Part shown: piece by piece, positions 60,745-64,000 of the stretch
How the letters are laid out: each line of letters starts with the position of its first letter
Numbering within the stretch: position 1 is the first letter of the stretch
Source of the DNA: Candidatus Moanibacter sp.
Lineage (GTDB): Bacteria; Verrucomicrobiota; Verrucomicrobiia; Opitutales; UBA2987
NCBI GenBank assembly: GCA_965215885.1
Contig: CBDCEW010000078.1
Coordinates: 1-64,000, forward strand
Length of the DNA stretch: 64,000 nt
Direction of reading: 5' to 3'
Notes under the pieces: generated by a model
What the model saw: only the letters and a program-made list of their open reading frames with translations
Databases searched by the model: none
Told to the model about the DNA's origin: nothing
Made by a program: the position numbers and the translations under genes

Positions 60745-62420
60745 TACTTCCTCTCCGAAGCCGCCAGCAACGCGTCGATTTCTTCCATCCTGAACCGAGT
60801 GCTGATGACCGATGACCGCCCGGCCCCGGGATAGTTCTTCATGGCGCAAGTCGCCACGATCGTGCCATCGGGCAGCAATTCCAGGCTGGGATAAGCGGCT
60901 GAGCTCTGAAGGAGAACAATCCGGCACTCCCCTTCCCCGCCCTGGACCAGATCTTCATGGGCGCCCACCCAGGCTACAAAATTTGAGACCTTCGTTGGCG
61001 GAGAAGCCGGGGTGTTGACACTGTTGTCGCGAAACACCACGATCAAACGCCCGTCCGGCGCGTAAAGACCAATGTGCCTGTCGCCGGTCAGTCCAACCGG
61101 TCCTTCCCGAAGATCGGCCCACGTCTGACCTTCATCGCGGCTTGTCGCCAGAATGGAATTATAGATCCGAGATTGTTCCCGAGCGATCATGGTCAGCTCG
61201 CTGCCATCGGGTGAACGAATAATGAATGGTTCACAGGGAAAGGCATCGGGATGGCGGATGGCAACGACTTGCTCGGCCCAGGTCAACCCCCCGTCTTCCG
61301 TAACGCTGGTACAGATCGCCCCGTTCTGTTCACCGTCATGGTAGGATGCCAAATACCGCCCGCCGGAAACAGGCACGAGTCGGATCGGCGGCACCGTGCA
61401 CGAGAGACCGTTAGGACGCATGGCCGACCAGGTCGCTCCACCATCGAGTGACACGGATTGATGCATTCCAATTTCCGGCCCGTAAGGAACCATGACAAGC
61501 AACCGTTCCTTTCCGCTGTGATCGTCAAGACGATGTATGGTGGGACAGTTGCGAACGGTCTTCCAACTTTCATGTGTCGCCAGGAGTCCACTCCAGGTGC
61601 GTCCCCCATCCAGACTTTTCTTCAAAGGCCCACATTGACTGGTGTAGGAGGGAAAATTCGCCCCGGGTTTCCAGTCCGGGTTAAATTCATACGTCTCATA
61701 GATGCAGAGCATCGTTTCCCCATCAGGCATCAGAACCGTGCTGGGATAACTCTCACCGATGATGTCGGTCCCGCGTGCGATCATCACTTTCCGTTCTTCC
61801 TCGCCTGAAATGTCAACCTCAGGAAGCGATGAGCGCCAGGACCGCGAGAGATTCCATCCCTGGATCGGTCGAGTGGCGCCGCTCACCGAAAATTCGTCGA
61901 TCTCAAAGCTTAAATCAGGTGGATACTTACCCTCTTCCGGAAAAACCGTGAACCCGACGGGCCCGAAAAATTCGCCGGTGTAGGTTGCGGTGTGAAAGGC
62001 CCGCCTATCGATCTGGAAGGTCAAGCGGTCGCCCTGACGAATGGCCTCAAACTGGAACGTTTGATTGGTGGTAATATGGTCGGCCGGCATGGCCAGATGG
62101 CGTAGCCGTCTCACGGGTGTCGCGGAATAGCTGATCCGCCTGGATTGAAAACCCTCGATGCCGCCGGCGCCCGCCACAAATGTCGGCACGACATCCCGGT
62201 AGACCACCACCAACCTGGCCTGCAGATGAAAGTCGCCACTCCCAATTTCGCGACCGCCGAGAAGAATCGACCTCGGGCCGTTCTTGAATCCGACGTAATC
62301 CTCAGCGAAGGACCAACGCAATCCTACCGGGCGTATGCATCTGGGATCACCCTTGGCTACGAAAACTGTGTCGCCTGAGACGCTTTCCGACGACTCACAA
62401 AGCTTGGCTTCACCCGCCAT
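60744..62420 (-). CDS. BNR/Asp-box sialidase-like exo-glycosidase
   Basis: SLDGGRTW, SLDGGATW, TEDGGLTW, SRDEGQTW and YPSLELLPDGT. Confidence 0.85.
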   Translation of the reverse strand: MAGEAKLCESSESVSGDTVFVAKGDPRCIRPVGLRWSFAEDYVGFKNGPRSILLGGREIGSGDFHLQARLVVVYRDVVPTFVAGAGGIEGFQSRRISYSATPVRRLRHLAMPADHITTNQTFQFEAIRQGDRLTFQIDRRAFHTATYTGEFFGPVGFTVFPEEGKYPPDLSFEIDEFSVSGATRPIQGWNLSRSWRSSLPEVDISGEEERKVMIARGTDIIGESYPSTVLMPDGETMLCIYETYEFNPDWKPGANFPSYTSQCGPLKKSLDGGRTWSGLLATHESWKTVRNCPTIHRLDDHSGKERLLVMVPYGPEIGMHQSVSLDGGATWSAMRPNGLSCTVPPIRLVPVSGGRYLASYHDGEQNGAICTSVTEDGGLTWAEQVVAIRHPDAFPCEPFIIRSPDGSELTMIAREQSRIYNSILATSRDEGQTWADLREGPVGLTGDRHIGLYAPDGRLIVVFRDNSVNTPASPPTKVSNFVAWVGAHEDLVQGGEGECRIVLLQSSAAYPSLELLPDGTIVATCAMKNYPGAGRSSVISTRFRMEEIDALLAASERK

Positions 62421-62507
62421 AGCGAGATGTTCGGGCTAGATTCATTCGTAGGCCGATCATAATTCATAGCAGCTGTTAAGTAGCAACTTTTAATGGTGGT
62501 TAGAAAG

Positions 62508-62591
62508 GATCGCGGGGTAAACCCGCTCCTACATCCCTGCCGGGTGTTCGATTAGAAATCCCAAATGTAGGAGCGGGTTTACCCCGCGATC
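62508..62591. repeat. GTAG REP doublet
   Basis: GATCGCGGGGTAAACCCGCTCCTAC..GTAGGAGCGGGTTTACCCCGCGATC. Confidence 0.85.
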
Positions 62592-62672
62592 GTAATGACC
62601 TGGCCCTCGCTTGGCTTCCAGTGCTCCGGTCTGCCTTTGACCAATATCGTCATGGCCATGCCCGCGATCGCC

Positions 62673-63710
62673 TCACTTCCGCAATCGTTCGATCTGATGA
62701 ACCAAGCGGCCCGCCCAGTCCAGCGGATCATAGAGGCGATTGAACTCACGGGCGGCGGCCTCGGCCACTTCCCGGCGTCTGGTCGCGGAGGCGCAGAGCA
62801 TGCGCAGCGCGTCCAACCAGCCCGCGGTGGAATGGGCAAGGAAACCACAGCGGGGATCGCCCAGGATGTGAAAGTGGCTGGGGGCAAATTCGCCCACTAC
62901 GGGTATACCCAGTTGGTGAAAGACGAAGGCCCGGCCGGCATTCGAGTTGCACTTGACGCGAAGAAGGAAATCATCTGCGCCGGCCATACCGGAATTTTCC
63001 TGTAAGTCATCTCCCCAGATCTTGATGATCCTCGCTCTTCCCTCCTCTGAGAGTGGTGCGGAGTAAGGTACGAGCCCGATATCGCAACGAAGCAACAACT
63101 CCTCAACGGTATCAAAGTCCCACTCGTACTCTTCGATCGGGATGGAGGGGCGGCCCAAACGCCAATGCCACCCTTCCGGGAGGTTGTGGACGGCGATCAA
63201 CTTCAACGGGATTTCCCGTGCCAGGATTTCCAGGGCCTCCGTTAGATGAGGTGAAAACTCAAGCAGGTGAAAGGCGTTGCCGTGGTAGCCCAGGACGATG
63301 GGATGGTGGTCAGTGTGCTCTTTCCAGCCGGTGTAGAGGCGCTCGATGAGCGGGAAGATGAAGATCTCTCGCTTGAATCGGAGGCGAAAGTCGCGTTCTT
63401 CGATGGAGCCGACGAGGAGGAAGTCGATCCGTTCATTCCGGCGCCTGGTCTCGCTGTCGGCCCGGCGAGGATCGATCGAGGTGTTGACCCAGCCGACCAG
63501 AGCCGAGGGGTTTTCACTCTCGATGCGGTTGACCCATTGCAGGCTCGAAAGGCCTTTTCCAAGAATCACTACGTCGTATCGGGTGAGGTCCTCCGTGTCA
63601 TTGAGGGCAGCCTCGATACCCAACTGGCCGAGCCAGTGGTGGAGGTTATGCACCCAAATGCGGGCCGAGCCGATCCTGGGTGAGCGATCGTCAAGGAAGA
63701 GGATTTTCAT
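62673..63710 (-). CDS. Glycosyltransferase-like (GT-B fold) protein
   Basis: GSARIWV, LGYHGN, CDIGLVP, K..SNAGR..LGIPVV; ATGA overlap favours start 63710. Confidence 0.65.
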   Translation of the reverse strand: MKILFLDDRSPRIGSARIWVHNLHHWLGQLGIEAALNDTEDLTRYDVVILGKGLSSLQWVNRIESENPSALVGWVNTSIDPRRADSETRRRNERIDFLLVGSIEERDFRLRFKREIFIFPLIERLYTGWKEHTDHHPIVLGYHGNAFHLLEFSPHLTEALEILAREIPLKLIAVHNLPEGWHWRLGRPSIPIEEYEWDFDTVEELLLRCDIGLVPYSAPLSEEGRARIIKIWGDDLQENSGMAGADDFLLRVKCNSNAGRAFVFHQLGIPVVGEFAPSHFHILGDPRCGFLAHSTAGWLDALRMLCASATRRREVAEAAAREFNRLYDPLDWAGRLVHQIERLRK

Positions 63711-64000
63711 CCCCATTTCATGTCCCGGACGAGCTTACTCAATAGCAGTGCCGCATGAGCGCAATTCACGGCGACGGACTCGCGATTGTGCAGCTTGTAG
63801 AGGGTAGCGGGAATTCCCCGCCGGCGGATTAACCGGCTCACCAAAGACGCGCGAAAACGCTTTTCCGACTCCGTTCCCGCCTTCATGGAAAGGGGTGGAG
63901 GGGGACTGACCGCATCGAGGAGCGCGTAGAAGCGCTCGGCGATCTCACGGCTCCCTTTCTCGGAGTAAAGATCCAAGTCCCACACGTAGGGTCGAAAGGA
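63707..64000 (-). CDS. C-terminal part of an unidentified protein running off the window
   Basis: Open frame to the window edge; stop overlaps the next ATG. Confidence 0.4.
   Translation of the reverse strand, partial: SFRPYVWDLDLYSEKGSREIAERFYALLDAVSPPPPLSMKAGTESEKRFRASLVSRLIRRRGIPATLYKLHNRESVAVNCAHAALLLSKLVRDMKWG

Overview
Accessory-type bacterial region, most consistent with Verrucomicrobiota (Opitutae-like TonB receptor and Opitutus-type surface domain; lineage is inference). Coding content: the 3' end of a TonB-dependent receptor (1-nt frameshift), three ASPIC/UnbV (CRTAC1-like) FG-GAP proteins (one fused to a DUF318-like permease), two TPR proteins, three tandem family-5 ABC solute-binding paralogs with no permease or ATPase, and a large set of mostly signal-less glycan/sulfate catabolic enzymes (four BNR/Asp-box sialidase-like proteins, three sulfatases plus a deleted one, GH117-like, PL11-like and PL26-like proteins, deacetylase, esterase, oxidoreductases). 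Decayed mobile material: an IS1380 remnant between 60-bp direct repeats, a RAYT (Y1 transposase) remnant absent from the ORF track, and three toxin-antitoxin loci that keep the antitoxin but have lost or broken the toxin. The most striking signal is non-coding: many intergenic gaps are mosaics of several distinct palindromic mini-element families (12-bp-unit hairpin arrays, GTAG REPIN doublets, a 182-bp CTAG-ended MITE with compensatory changes, 15-bp mini-palindromes and others). These insert into one another, one pair shows an inverted loop, and they supply the stop codons of three genes. No rRNA, tRNA or CRISPR array was found. All product calls come from motif recognition by eye; no searches were run.
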